30,757 nucleotides of DNA from Lutibacter sp. (GCA_030599055.1 JAUVOS010000001.1:1-30757); one strand, 5' to 3'; counted from the first letter of the stretch, positions 8,303 to 18,803 are shown. A program made the numbers and translations. Notes: generated from the sequence alone by a model not told the origin.

Positions 8303-9103
8303 TCAACGTGATTTCTCATTTTGTTTTAGTGGTTTTAGAATTGACAAGAATTCGTCATAATCAATCAATTTAACATCAAAAAGATTGTTGTTTTCATCTG
8401 ACAAAACATCTTTTACTACAGTAAACATTGTATTTTGATATAATTCTATATCATCTTGACTTATAGTATTTGGATTTTCTTCATAAGCCAATTCAACTTT
8501 CCATAATCTATCCATCAATTCGTTTCCAATAAGTAAATGTTTATGATAAACAATATGAACTGCTTTTTCTTGTGAAGGATAACCAATATAATAATGATAT
8601 TCCCTTTTTGGCGCTTCAATATTCGGGTTGATGAAATACTGATTTTTTTCGAAATCATCTCTTCTACTGCATCCTAAAACAAAAGAAATTACATCACTTA
8701 TTGTATGATCTCTACTACTGATTAATATAAAATCGCCTTTCTCAAGAATTTCTTCCGATTTTTTTAAGGAATTTACTGCTATTTCAGAAATTTTATATCC
8801 TCCTGCTCCACAAAGACAAACATGTCCTAGATAATTACACACATCATTAAATTTTACTTCAGTAGTTTCTTGATTTTTAGGATAACTTCCTGCAAGTATT
8901 CCATGATCATAATGAAAAATGATAGGTTGAATATCATATATAAAATCATATTTTTTGTTCCAAGATTCTGTTTTTTTTGTCTTTTGACATCCATAGAATG
9001 TAACTAAGGTTATGATTAATAGTAAACCCCATGTACAAAAATTGAATAATTTAACTTTGGTAAGTTTTAATTGACTGTGCTTTTTAAAGATACTAATGTC
9101 CAT
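8303..9103 (-). CDS. Putative lipoprotein with an FmdE-like (formylmethanofuran dehydrogenase subunit E-like) domain
   Basis: Lipobox TFYGC after a hydrophobic stretch. YLGHVCLCGAGGYK and SDVISFVLGC resemble FmdE FHGHxCPG..GY and DAIQV.TGC. The start codon is uncertain. Confidence 0.5.
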   Translation of the reverse strand: MDISIFKKHSQLKLTKVKLFNFCTWGLLLIITLVTFYGCQKTKKTESWNKKYDFIYDIQPIIFHYDHGILAGSYPKNQETTEVKFNDVCNYLGHVCLCGAGGYKISEIAVNSLKKSEEILEKGDFILISSRDHTISDVISFVLGCSRRDDFEKNQYFINPNIEAPKREYHYYIGYPSQEKAVHIVYHKHLLIGNELMDRLWKVELAYEENPNTISQDDIELYQNTMFTVVKDVLSDENNNLFDVKLIDYDEFLSILKPLKQNEKSR

Positions 9104-9151
9104 TTTCTATATATTTATACTATTTAACTATTGACCAATAGCCATTGACTA

Positions 9152-10210
9152 TTACAACAACTTTTCAAATCTATCGATATTCATTTCATCTAATATTGGT
9201 TTATCATATTCAATATGATTAAACAATTCTTTTGCAATAGCAGGTGCAATAATTACTCCACGAGTTCCCAGTCCATTTAAAACTGCTAAATTAGGATACT
9301 TTGGATGTTTTCCAACTAAAGGACGTCTGTCTTTTATTGTCGGGCGAATTCCCACTTTGTAATCAATAATTTTATAGGGTAACTTTAAAAATCGTTTTAA
9401 TTTAGTTTCTAATTCTGCGCGAGCTTCATCAGTTGATTCAAAAGATTTATCTTCCCAATTATAAGTGGCTCCCACTACAAACACATGTTTTGCAAAAGGG
9501 ACCATAAATACACTTGATTTTATTGCATGTTCAACGGACAAACCCGGGACTTCAATAACTAGCATTTCTCCTTTTGCCTCATTCATTGGCAAATAATTAA
9601 AGTAAGGATTTTGATGTAAATAGGCTCCTTCACTAAAAACTACTTTCTTTGCTTCGATATTATGGTATTTAATATGATTCATACCTACAACTAACTCATC
9701 GTAATGAAATGTTTGTTGTAATAATAAACCATTCTTTGATAGAAAGTTTTTATAGTCATCTAAAAGTTGTTCTCCGGCAATTCTACCTGTGTTTTTTAGC
9801 TGCCCAAACCCAAATGCAACATCGATCCCTTTTATCTTTTCATGTATAATCTCGGGAGTCATGTATTCAGACATAACAACTCTATCAGATGCTACTACCC
9901 AATTATTTTGTTCTTCAACAGATTGTAAAATTCGTCGTATTTCAAAAGGATAAATATATTTTTGTTGGAATTTTTTTTCTAGGTCTTTATAAAACGGCAA
10001 TGCTAGTTGCCACATTTCATGAGCTTTCCAAGCAGGTGTAAATCTTTTTAATATTATGGGATTGTACATTCCCCCTACGACACGGGTCGTTCTATTTGGA
10101 TTGTCATCAATAACGACAAATGATTTGTTCGCTTTTTCTAATTCTGCTGTAAAAGCCATTCCTGCCAGTCCAAAACCTACTATTAAATAATCAACTTTCA
10201 TGTAAGACAA
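9152..10210 (-). CDS. FAD-dependent oxidoreductase, DAO/glycine oxidase family
   Basis: Rossmann motif IVGFGLAG, plus KGEML, VGATY, GIRPT..DRRPLVG and NGLGTRG motifs. Confidence 0.88.
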   Translation of the reverse strand: MSYMKVDYLIVGFGLAGMAFTAELEKANKSFVVIDDNPNRTTRVVGGMYNPIILKRFTPAWKAHEMWQLALPFYKDLEKKFQQKYIYPFEIRRILQSVEEQNNWVVASDRVVMSEYMTPEIIHEKIKGIDVAFGFGQLKNTGRIAGEQLLDDYKNFLSKNGLLLQQTFHYDELVVGMNHIKYHNIEAKKVVFSEGAYLHQNPYFNYLPMNEAKGEMLVIEVPGLSVEHAIKSSVFMVPFAKHVFVVGATYNWEDKSFESTDEARAELETKLKRFLKLPYKIIDYKVGIRPTIKDRRPLVGKHPKYPNLAVLNGLGTRGVIIAPAIAKELFNHIEYDKPILDEMNIDRFEKLL

Positions 10211-10234
10211 ACCTTAGTTTCAATGTATAAATAT

Positions 10235-10267
10235 AAAAAAAGACCCTCAATTGAGAGCCTTTTTTTA
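10235..10267 (-). terminator. Intrinsic terminator of gldKLMN
   Basis: Minus strand AAAAGGCTCTC-AATT-GAGGGTCTTTTTTT, a stem with G-U pairs followed by a U tract. Confidence 0.65.
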
Positions 10268-10283
10268 AAATATTATAACGGAA

Positions 10284-11189
10284 TTAATAATTCCATAAAT
10301 CCAATTCTTTATTTCTTATTTCTTCTTTTAATTTTTGAGACTCTAAGACTTGAAATAATGAATTTCCTTTTACGTAATTTTTAACCTCTCTATCACCATA
10401 GATATTTTCTGTTTTGTAAATCAAAGCGTTGAATCTATGAGCATTTAAGAGATGATCAAAAGAAATCGGGAAGGCTGAATTTTTTGGATTAAACACCTTC
10501 ATATCATGCATAACTTGTCGTGCATCAGGGTAAAAAACCCAAAATATTGCTAATTTCTCATCAATATCACCGAGATCATCACGACCAATCGTTTGTACAT
10601 CTTGTGCAACGGGAGCGATTGCTAATAAACGATACTTCAACTCACCTTGGCGTTTATCAATATACCATACTCCTTTAATTTTGTAGCCTTCTATATGCTC
10701 GGAATCAATATTATAAACATCAATATATTCTGAAATATCTGCTGTTGGATCTGCATTGAGTACATCTATTCCCTCAGATATTGTATCCCTACGGAACAAT
10801 TTCTCTTGAATTTCTTGATACGAAAGTTTTGAGGTAAAATAAGAATCATCGTAAACTTCTTCTATTTGACCTTGTTTAATTCCTCTTAAAAGTGTATCGT
10901 ATAAAGAACGACGGTCTGAAGAAATACGCATTGTATCGATAGGATAGTAGAACGGTAAATTTAAACGTTCATTTAAATCTACATACTCCCAAACTACTTT
11001 TGACCAATATATATCTCGATCATCAATAAAACCATATTCTAAAGGTTTATCATTGTCAGCGACCAATTTCTCCAGCGATATTAGTCCAATATCTTGTGGG
11101 ACTTTAGCATTCAACAAATTAGCTTGTGCACTAATAAAAGTACTCGAAAATAGAACTATACTTAGTATAAAAAATTTAATACGATTCAT
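10284..11189 (-). CDS. gldN: Gliding motility / T9SS protein GldN
   Basis: AQANLLNAKVP, DNDKPLEYG..DDRDI.WSK.VWE, W..DKRQGELKYRLL.I.PV and LFW-like FWVFYP motifs. Last gene of the K-L-M-N order. Confidence 0.95.
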   Translation of the reverse strand: MNRIKFFILSIVLFSSTFISAQANLLNAKVPQDIGLISLEKLVADNDKPLEYGFIDDRDIYWSKVVWEYVDLNERLNLPFYYPIDTMRISSDRRSLYDTLLRGIKQGQIEEVYDDSYFTSKLSYQEIQEKLFRRDTISEGIDVLNADPTADISEYIDVYNIDSEHIEGYKIKGVWYIDKRQGELKYRLLAIAPVAQDVQTIGRDDLGDIDEKLAIFWVFYPDARQVMHDMKVFNPKNSAFPISFDHLLNAHRFNALIYKTENIYGDREVKNYVKGNSLFQVLESQKLKEEIRNKELDLWNY

Positions 11190-11290
11190 CTGTTCCTTTT
11201 TATTATTTTTATTTGTAGCTGTAACCTTCGAGACTATAACAACGTGCTTTTATGTTATTTATTCTAAGCCTGTTGGTTTCATTTACTTAT

Positions 11291-12832
11291 TTACTTAATT
11301 TCAACCATTACAGGTGATGCTTTTTTGATTCGGTAACCAGACGCACTTCCTACTAATGAAGACTTAATATCAAAAATATTAACCATATCGCCTCGTCTTG
11401 CTTTGGCAATAGCACTCTGAGCTTTAGGTGACATTCTTGCTCCATTTACAATTACTGTAGCTTGACCCGGAACTTTGACTTTAAACGAAGTAGTTCTCAA
11501 TGTTAAATCAAATACAAAATCAGGTAAAATTACACCGACAGTTGCTTTAGACAAACTAGCTTTTGGCATGGGAACATTACCCGTTTGTTTACGTATAGCT
11601 CCTCTAGGTGCCGGAATATCCATAATACGAAATTCCATTGGTGTATTGATAGTTTTACCACTTGATAATTTTGCAGAAACATTAATTGTAACGCTAGTAC
11701 CGGATGAAGGATTCATCACATACTTACCTTTTCCTGTTTTTTTCAAACCAGGTGCACTCGCTTTTACATTTGAATCACCTACTCCAGGGACAGAAATAGA
11801 AATTGGATTATCTAATCCGCGATATACAACATTCATTTTATCAGCTGATATTACGGCACTACTCGGCTCAGTAATAACGGTATATTCACTATTAAAATCG
11901 ACTTCTATATCTTCTCCATCTTTTTGTTTAAAAATAAATTTACCTTTAATAGGGTGTGATCCTGGTCTACCAGCTCTAAAGTTTAAGTTAACTTGTCCTG
12001 ATTCTACTTTACCACCTACATTAGATTCAAACTTATCGGGCACAAAACTAGCATCATATTTACCCATAACTATTTTACCGGTAACTGTTTCTCCAGAAAA
12101 ATAGGCACTTTTTTCTAGGGCAACAATACCTTTATAGTTTTGTAAACTGGCATCTTCAATTAATTTTGTACCTAAAAAGGTATTGTAAATATCAGATTCA
12201 GTTGTACGAATATCTGCTTGAATTTGTTCGATATTTGTAAGTGTGGTTACTAAAGGGAAACCTTTATAACGACTCTCTAACCAAGGTACCATTTTTTTAC
12301 CATCTTTAATAGTTTGCTCTTCCGTTGCAAACCTTTTTTCAATTTGTGTTTTTAATTCTGTGTACTTTTCATTGTCTAACTTGCTTAACATCAATGTGCT
12401 ATAGTTTTTTATTCTATCCAAAAACTCTTGTCCTTGTTTTGATGGTTTATTCTCTCTAGCAAAGAAAAAAGCATCTCCAGCTTCTTCAGAGTCCATTGAC
12501 TCATAGTCAGTTGGATCATCAATCTTCTCTGTCAACTTGCTTTGGACTCCATCTAGGAAGTTAAAAAAACTATCCGATTCTTCTTTAATTGATTGTGCTT
12601 TTGTGTATGAATCCTTATATCTTTCAGGGCTATCAACCGCTTTTTTTGCTAAGCTTTCAATAACTCCTTTATTGGCGTCCTCTACTCTAATGTTAGATTC
12701 GGTCAATCTTTCTTTCATAAAACCAAAAGATGTCAATACTTTTTTACTCATATTTAAAGCGAGCATCGCAATAAATACAAGATACATTAAGTTAATCATC
12801 TTTTGCCGTGCTGATAAATTTCCGCCTGCCAT
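11291..12832 (-). CDS. gldM: Gliding motility / T9SS motor protein GldM
   Basis: N-terminal RQKMINLMYLVFIAMLALN single transmembrane helix and ADKMNVVYRGLDNP motif. Confidence 0.96.
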   Translation of the reverse strand: MAGGNLSARQKMINLMYLVFIAMLALNMSKKVLTSFGFMKERLTESNIRVEDANKGVIESLAKKAVDSPERYKDSYTKAQSIKEESDSFFNFLDGVQSKLTEKIDDPTDYESMDSEEAGDAFFFARENKPSKQGQEFLDRIKNYSTLMLSKLDNEKYTELKTQIEKRFATEEQTIKDGKKMVPWLESRYKGFPLVTTLTNIEQIQADIRTTESDIYNTFLGTKLIEDASLQNYKGIVALEKSAYFSGETVTGKIVMGKYDASFVPDKFESNVGGKVESGQVNLNFRAGRPGSHPIKGKFIFKQKDGEDIEVDFNSEYTVITEPSSAVISADKMNVVYRGLDNPISISVPGVGDSNVKASAPGLKKTGKGKYVMNPSSGTSVTINVSAKLSSGKTINTPMEFRIMDIPAPRGAIRKQTGNVPMPKASLSKATVGVILPDFVFDLTLRTTSFKVKVPGQATVIVNGARMSPKAQSAIAKARRGDMVNIFDIKSSLVGSASGYRIKKASPVMVEIK

Positions 12833-12878
12833 ATTATATACTTTTAGAGGTTAGTAATTGGTTTGGTATCATAGGAAA

Positions 12879-13553
12879 TTATCCTTTATTCATTGCACTT
12901 AACATACCACCATAAACTCCGTTAAGAGTTTGAAGTTTGTTTGCCATAGATTCCATTTGCTCTTTTAGCATTCCTGCATTTTGAGCCATCTCTTCATTAA
13001 CATGGGCCTGTCTACTTGTACTTTCTAACTGCACTTTGTAAAGGCTATTTAATGACTCCATTTGAGCGGCCGCTAAAGATAATTGTTCGCTATATCTATT
13101 TGTAGCAGATATTGAATCAACCGCCGGTTGAATTTGGTCGGCAGCACCTTTAAAATTTTGAATGCTTTCACCTAAACTTGCCATTAAACCAACATCTAAC
13201 TTTGCCTCTTTTAACATGCTGTCTAGTTTCTGAGATAACATAGTTTGTGCTTCTTCGGCTTCTTGCAAATCTTTTCTTTTTTCCTCTCTCTTTTTTTCTC
13301 TCTCACCACCTGATAGTTCAGGATAGACTTTTGACCAGTCTAAATCTTCATCAACTTTCTCAAAGGCTGAAATTGCAAATACGATTGCTTCAGTAATTAA
13401 CCCAATAGCTAGTAACATACCTCCTGTTAAATTTATGGGTCCTAAATCTAATTTCCAGTGAAGTATCTTAAAAAGTGCTCCTAAAATTACAACTGATGCC
13501 CCAAGACTATACGTCATGTGGAAAAATTTCTTACTTGCTCTTGATTGTGCCAT
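12879..13553 (-). CDS. gldL: Gliding motility / T9SS motor protein GldL
   Basis: YSLGASVVILGALFKILHW, GLITEAIVFAISAFE and DWSKVYPEL motifs. C-terminal YGGMLSAM. Confidence 0.96.
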   Translation of the reverse strand: MAQSRASKKFFHMTYSLGASVVILGALFKILHWKLDLGPINLTGGMLLAIGLITEAIVFAISAFEKVDEDLDWSKVYPELSGGEREKKREEKRKDLQEAEEAQTMLSQKLDSMLKEAKLDVGLMASLGESIQNFKGAADQIQPAVDSISATNRYSEQLSLAAAQMESLNSLYKVQLESTSRQAHVNEEMAQNAGMLKEQMESMANKLQTLNGVYGGMLSAMNKG

Positions 13554-13598
13554 AATGATTTTAATTTTGGTTAAGGGTTAAATTTTATTTTTTATATA

Positions 13599-14963
13599 TT
13601 ATTTGCCGGTTAAACTGATTCCTAGATAATCTTGTACGGTTCTAAAACCTACATAACTGCGTGCTGTATCAGCATATTCATAATCTCTAGAACTTACTTC
13701 TAAAAAATAGGCCATATCTTTCCAAGATCCACCTCGAATTACTTTACGATGATTATTACGATCTTCTACATTAGGGTTCATCGTAGATCCTAAATAGTAG
13801 GATGCTTCGTTATAAGCTGTTTGCGTCCATTCTGACACATTTCCTGCCATATTATACAAACCATATCCATTTTCATCATAAGATTTTCCTTCCATTGTAT
13901 ATAATGCTCCATCAACTGCATAATCACCACGAGCAGGTTTAAAGTTCGCTAAGAAACAACCTCTATCATTTGTAGTATAAGGAGTTCCCCATGGATACTT
14001 TCCATATTCTAGACCACCACGAGCGGCATACTCCCACTCAGCTTCAGAAGGTAAACGAAAATGAGGTATTCTACTCACATTTTTACGTGAACGCAGAAAA
14101 TCATTTTTCTTTTTTGTTCTCCAACTGCTAAAAGCTCTTGCCTGATTCCAAGTAACACCTACAACCGGATAATCTGCATATGCTTGGTGCCAAAAATAAT
14201 CTTGGTGCATTGGGTCATTATATGAATATGCAAAATCTTTTACCCAAACGGTAGTATCAGGATAAACAGATACAATTTCATGTTTGATTTGTTCTTTTCT
14301 AGTAGTCCCTCTACGAGCTGCAGATTCTCTATCTAACCAAGAAAATTTGTATTTCAATTTTGTAACATCTAACATTCTTCTCCCATCAAAACTTTCATCT
14401 AACGCAATAAACATGGTATCCATAACTTCTGCATATTCCATACTTGGAAAATCGGCAGTATTCCAAATTAAATCTTCTTCCCAGTTTAAGAAACGCCCCA
14501 TAGTCGGTGAATTAATATCACCCAAGCTTCCATAATTTTCCATCATGTATCTAATATAGATACTTCCATCGTCAACAGTGTCTTTAAATCTGTAATCCGG
14601 CAATACACCTTCACCCGGTTCAGATCCATAGGATAATTCATCTGCTAAAATGGCAAGTTTTGTTCGTACAATAGAATCTCTTACCCAAAAAACAAATTCT
14701 TTGTACTCACTATTGGTTATTTCTGTTTCATCCATGTAATAAGGACGTACTGTTGCTGTTCTTGCAGGCGTATTTAGAGCTCCAATATCATCTTCATCCT
14801 GTTTTCCCATAGTAAATGTCCCTCCAGGCACTAAGACCATACCATACGGCGTCTCAGAATGCCATTTATTCTTAGTTCTTACACCTACCAGCTCACCTTT
14901 GTCGCTAGAGCCACAACTGTATGCCATTGAAATTAGCAAAATCAAAATTGCTGCTTTTCTCAT
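13599..14963 (-). CDS. gldK: Gliding motility / T9SS lipoprotein GldK (start corrected to the ATG at 14963)
   Basis: MRKAAILILLISMAYSC lipobox. FGE-sulfatase-fold motifs YPVVGVTWNQA, RLPSEAEWEYAARGG, NGYGLYNMAGNVSEW and RGGSWKD. Confidence 0.96.
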   Translation of the reverse strand: MRKAAILILLISMAYSCGSSDKGELVGVRTKNKWHSETPYGMVLVPGGTFTMGKQDEDDIGALNTPARTATVRPYYMDETEITNSEYKEFVFWVRDSIVRTKLAILADELSYGSEPGEGVLPDYRFKDTVDDGSIYIRYMMENYGSLGDINSPTMGRFLNWEEDLIWNTADFPSMEYAEVMDTMFIALDESFDGRRMLDVTKLKYKFSWLDRESAARRGTTRKEQIKHEIVSVYPDTTVWVKDFAYSYNDPMHQDYFWHQAYADYPVVGVTWNQARAFSSWRTKKKNDFLRSRKNVSRIPHFRLPSEAEWEYAARGGLEYGKYPWGTPYTTNDRGCFLANFKPARGDYAVDGALYTMEGKSYDENGYGLYNMAGNVSEWTQTAYNEASYYLGSTMNPNVEDRNNHRKVIRGGSWKDMAYFLEVSSRDYEYADTARSYVGFRTVQDYLGISLTGK

Positions 14964-14989
14964 AATATTTATCGTTTTATCGAAACGTG

Positions 14990-14997
14990 CAAACCTA
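14990..14997 (-). promoter_or_regulatory. -7 promoter element of gldK (TAGGTTTG)
   Basis: TAnnTTTG match 26 nt upstream of the ATG. Only TTAG at the -33 position. Confidence 0.55.
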
Positions 14998-15045
14998 AAT
15001 AAATTTTTTAGATTATCTAATCTAAATCCAATAATTAGCACAGAT

Positions 15046-16227
15046 TTACTCAAATTTCTTCCTATTTGTATACCATCTTTCGGGTACTTCTTGTCTATTT
15101 GCGCTCAAATAGTCATTGTAAGTACAGGGTATTAACGTTCTTCTTTTAGTTTTATTATTAGCTTTTACACTAATTTCCATCCACCATCGCCCACTGTTGT
15201 CACTTTTATAAAAATTGTAGGTTTCTTCATCAATCAATACCATATATTTTTTAAAATGTTGTAAGTCTGACAAAGGGAATTCATAAGAGCGATAATTAAC
15301 CCCTTCTATATAGTACCAAAGCATTTGTGCTATAAGCTGCGAAGTTTGAGAACTGCTGTCTTTACTCGAATTAAATTCATAAATTCCTAATACAGATAGC
15401 TTATCGCTCAGCCCGGCGTAACGCGTAATCTTACATATATCATCTGCTCTCAGACCACTTATTATCGCATTGTTATTTGCGGGAGCATCCATTCGTCTAA
15501 CTGCTCCAATATCTATACTCAACACATCTGTATCACGCAAAACCGGTTCAACTATCTCAATATCATTTTTTACGTCTCCTAACCTGTAGGAATCAAATAA
15601 AAGGCTATTAACTAAATTAATTTCCTCTTGTGGGTTTAGAAATGTCTGGTAGCTAATATTTGTAAAATTGAATAAGTTATTGGGTTTTTCCATAACAATC
15701 TTAGTTAAATAAGATTGTGAATCCATTCTCTTGTCAATACTACCTAGATCAAATTTAGCATCTACAACAGTTAAGTTTACTTTTTGTTCTAAATCATCAA
15801 AAGCTCTATAACTTGCATATGTCAAGGCTTGACTTCCACCAATTATTATGGGTAAGAGTTTTTGTTTTAATAAATTAGTTAAAACCTCTCTTAGCGCCAC
15901 TTCGGTATCTATAAAAGATGCTCCTTTTTTAATATCTCCTAAATCATAAATCTTAGCATTCCAGTTACCAATAAATAATTTGTAGAAGGCTCTTCTAATT
16001 TTATCAATATCTTGCCCTGTTCCCTTGTTATTAACTGCTGTACGATATTCAGACACTCCAATTATCACAATGGAATTAGAAACAAAAACATCATTCTTTT
16101 GGGAATAGTTTAGAGAAATACTTTTTCCCAAACTACCTTTAGGAAGTTTGTTGACAAAATCAATAAGTGATTCGTTGACGGGATTTACGAAATCGGTTAT
16201 GCAATCCATAGAAGAATCAAAATACAT
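15046..16227 (-). CDS. Arginase/formimidoylglutamase-family protein with degenerate metal ligands
   Basis: Arginase-fold segments YDLGDI, PIIIGGSQ, VDAKFD, SIDIGAV and GIYE. Start may be 16227 or 16209. Confidence 0.8.
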   Translation of the reverse strand: MYFDSSMDCITDFVNPVNESLIDFVNKLPKGSLGKSISLNYSQKNDVFVSNSIVIIGVSEYRTAVNNKGTGQDIDKIRRAFYKLFIGNWNAKIYDLGDIKKGASFIDTEVALREVLTNLLKQKLLPIIIGGSQALTYASYRAFDDLEQKVNLTVVDAKFDLGSIDKRMDSQSYLTKIVMEKPNNLFNFTNISYQTFLNPQEEINLVNSLLFDSYRLGDVKNDIEIVEPVLRDTDVLSIDIGAVRRMDAPANNNAIISGLRADDICKITRYAGLSDKLSVLGIYEFNSSKDSSSQTSQLIAQMLWYYIEGVNYRSYEFPLSDLQHFKKYMVLIDEETYNFYKSDNSGRWWMEISVKANNKTKRRTLIPCTYNDYLSANRQEVPERWYTNRKKFE

Positions 16228-16305
16228 ATTAGAGGGTAACTAATCTATTCTTTCAGTAATAGTCGCAAATTTACTTAAAAAATTAACACCATTTAAATTA
16301 TTATC

Positions 16306-18789
16306 TTATTTTTTTGTCGTTTTTCTTTTTCTTGTTGTTTTCTTTTTGGTGTTTTTCGCAATTATCTCTTGAACTTTTTCTATAGTCAATTTATCAACTT
16401 GGGTTGTTTTAGGTAGTTCAATTTTAATCTTACCCTTGATAATGTTAAAACGTCCCCATCGTGCTTTTTCGACCCTAATACCTTCCTTTTCCCAATTTAA
16501 AAGGATTTTATCGATATCCTTTTGTTTTTTTATTTCAATGATTTCAGTAATATTCTCAATAGTCAAGTTATCAAAATCATATTTTCTACTGACATTAATA
16601 AACATTCCATTCCATTTAAGGAAAGGGCCAAAACGTCCCACTCCTTTTTGAACGGGCATATTTTCGTATTCTGCAATTGGAGCATCTGCTTGTTGTTTGG
16701 CGAGTATCAGTTCGATAGCCTCTTCAATAGACACTTTTGTTGGATCTGCTCCTTTTGGCAAGGAAACAAATAGCTTATCGTATCTAACATAAGGACCAAA
16801 TCGTCCGTTTGAAACAACTACGTCAACAGACTTATAAACACCTAGTGTTTTTGGTAATTGAAACAAATTTAATGCTTCTTCTAATGAAATATTACTTATT
16901 GTTTGAGATCCTTGTAAGCTAGAAAATCGTGGTTTTTCTTCATCGGTTGCTTCTCCAATTTGCACCATTGCACCATAACGACCCAAGCGTGCATATATGT
17001 TTTTACCCGTTGCAGGATCTTGACCTAGTAAGCGTTCCCCTTTTGCACGTTCAGCATTTTTTGTTACATCCTCAACTGTACTGTGAAAACCTTTATAAAA
17101 ATCTTTAATAATAGTAGTCCAATCCCCTTTCCCTTCAGCAATTTCATCAAATTCAGTTTCAGCTCTTGCCGTAAAACCGTAGTCCATTACCTTTTCAAAG
17201 TTTTTAACCAAAAAATCATTGACCACCTTTCCAATATCTGTAGGAACCAATTTTCCTTTATCTGCACCCACCATTTCAGTTAATTCTTTGTGATCAATTG
17301 TGTCTTGTTTTAACGTAATTTGGTTGTAAACTCTTTTTACACCTTCTATGATAGGTTTTTCTACATAGGTTCTTTTTTGAATAGTAGAAATCGTAGGCGC
17401 ATAGGTTGAAGGACGTCCAATACCGAGTTCCTCTAATTTTTTGACCAAAGCTGCTTCTGAATATCTATAGGGTGGTTTTGAATACCGTTCTGTAGTTGAA
17501 ATATGATTTGGAGAAATACTTTCACCAACAGCTAATTTTGGTAACATCCCTGCTTGCTCTTCATCGTCGTTATCCTTACCTTCCAAATAAACTTTTAGGA
17601 AACCATCAAATTTAATCACCTCTCCTTTTGCCGTAAAAATATATTTATTTTTATTGTTTTCAACTTTTACACTCGTACGTTCTAGTTGTGCGTCACTCAT
17701 TTGAGAAGCAATAGTGCGCTTCCAAATTAAACTATATAATCTGTCTTGATCACTATTAATAGTTATACCACTTGTGCTTAAATTTGTAGGTCTAATTGCT
17801 TCGTGTGCTTCTTGTGCTCCTTTTGATTTAATACGATAATTTCGTGGTTTGCTATAGGCTTCTCCATAAAAATCAATGATTGTATTTTTCGCAGCATTTT
17901 TTGCATCATTTGACAAGTTCACACTATCCGTACGCATATAGGTTATCAAACCTGCTTCATATAAACGTTGTGCCGTTTGCATAGTTTTTGCTACAGGAAA
18001 ATACATTTTTCTTGAGGCTTCTTGTTGTAATGTTGATGTGGTAAAAGGTGGTGCCGGAGTTTTAGTTGCCGGTTTCTTATTTAAATCAGCGATATTAAAA
18101 TCTGCACCTATACACGACTGCAAAAATACTTCTGCTTCTTCACGCGTTTTAAAACTAGTCGCTAATTTAGCTTTGAATATTTTTCCACTTTCATTCGAAA
18201 ACTCAGCTACTGTTTTGTAAGATGCTGTCGGTTTAAAACTTTCAATGTCTCTTTCTCTCTCTACAATTAAACGAACAGCTACTGATTGTACCCTACCAGC
18301 TGAGAGTCCGGTTTTTACTTTTTTCCATAAGACAGGTGAGAGTTCATACCCAACTAATCTATCTAAAACGCGTCGCGCTTGCTGTGCATTGACTAAGTTG
18401 TAGTTGATACTACGCGGATTTTCAACGGCTTTTAAAATTGCATTCTTAGTTATTTCGTGAAATACAATACGTTTTGTATTATTTTCATTGAGTTTTAATT
18501 GTTTAAATAAATGCCAAGCTATGGCTTCTCCTTCACGATCCTCATCACTTGCTAACCAAATGGTATCTGCCTTTTTTGCTAAGCTTTTTAATTTTCTGAT
18601 AACATCTTTTTTATCATCGGATACTACGTATTTAGGCATAAAATCGCCCTCAACATCAACTCCTAACTCTCTTGCCGGCAAATCGGCAACATGACCAAAA
18701 CTAGAAGCTACTACATAATCCTTTCCTAAAAAATTTTCAATGGTTTTAGCTTTGGCGGGAGACTCGACGATTACTAAATTTTTTGACAT
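16306..18789 (-). CDS. topA: DNA topoisomerase I
   Basis: LVIVESPAKAKTI, LASDEDREGEAIAW, SAGRVQS, LYEAGLITYMRTDS (catalytic Tyr) and GIGRPSTY. C-terminal GRFGP-type repeats and a basic tail. Confidence 0.98.
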   Translation of the reverse strand: MSKNLVIVESPAKAKTIENFLGKDYVVASSFGHVADLPARELGVDVEGDFMPKYVVSDDKKDVIRKLKSLAKKADTIWLASDEDREGEAIAWHLFKQLKLNENNTKRIVFHEITKNAILKAVENPRSINYNLVNAQQARRVLDRLVGYELSPVLWKKVKTGLSAGRVQSVAVRLIVERERDIESFKPTASYKTVAEFSNESGKIFKAKLATSFKTREEAEVFLQSCIGADFNIADLNKKPATKTPAPPFTTSTLQQEASRKMYFPVAKTMQTAQRLYEAGLITYMRTDSVNLSNDAKNAAKNTIIDFYGEAYSKPRNYRIKSKGAQEAHEAIRPTNLSTSGITINSDQDRLYSLIWKRTIASQMSDAQLERTSVKVENNKNKYIFTAKGEVIKFDGFLKVYLEGKDNDDEEQAGMLPKLAVGESISPNHISTTERYSKPPYRYSEAALVKKLEELGIGRPSTYAPTISTIQKRTYVEKPIIEGVKRVYNQITLKQDTIDHKELTEMVGADKGKLVPTDIGKVVNDFLVKNFEKVMDYGFTARAETEFDEIAEGKGDWTTIIKDFYKGFHSTVEDVTKNAERAKGERLLGQDPATGKNIYARLGRYGAMVQIGEATDEEKPRFSSLQGSQTISNISLEEALNLFQLPKTLGVYKSVDVVVSNGRFGPYVRYDKLFVSLPKGADPTKVSIEEAIELILAKQQADAPIAEYENMPVQKGVGRFGPFLKWNGMFINVSRKYDFDNLTIENITEIIEIKKQKDIDKILLNWEKEGIRVEKARWGRFNIIKGKIKIELPKTTQVDKLTIEKVQEIIAKNTKKKTTRKRKTTKK

Positions 18790-18803
18790 AGATTTGATTT
18801 TTT

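Noticed and set aside
11475-12104. 209-aa plus-strand ORF
   Set aside because: Antisense shadow of gldM with no recognisable motifs. The same applies to 12537-12854 and 14284-14535.
13599-15053. 484-aa GldK as given in the ORF track
   Set aside because: The first 30 codons precede the lipoprotein signal peptide and overlap the promoter. The real start is 14963.
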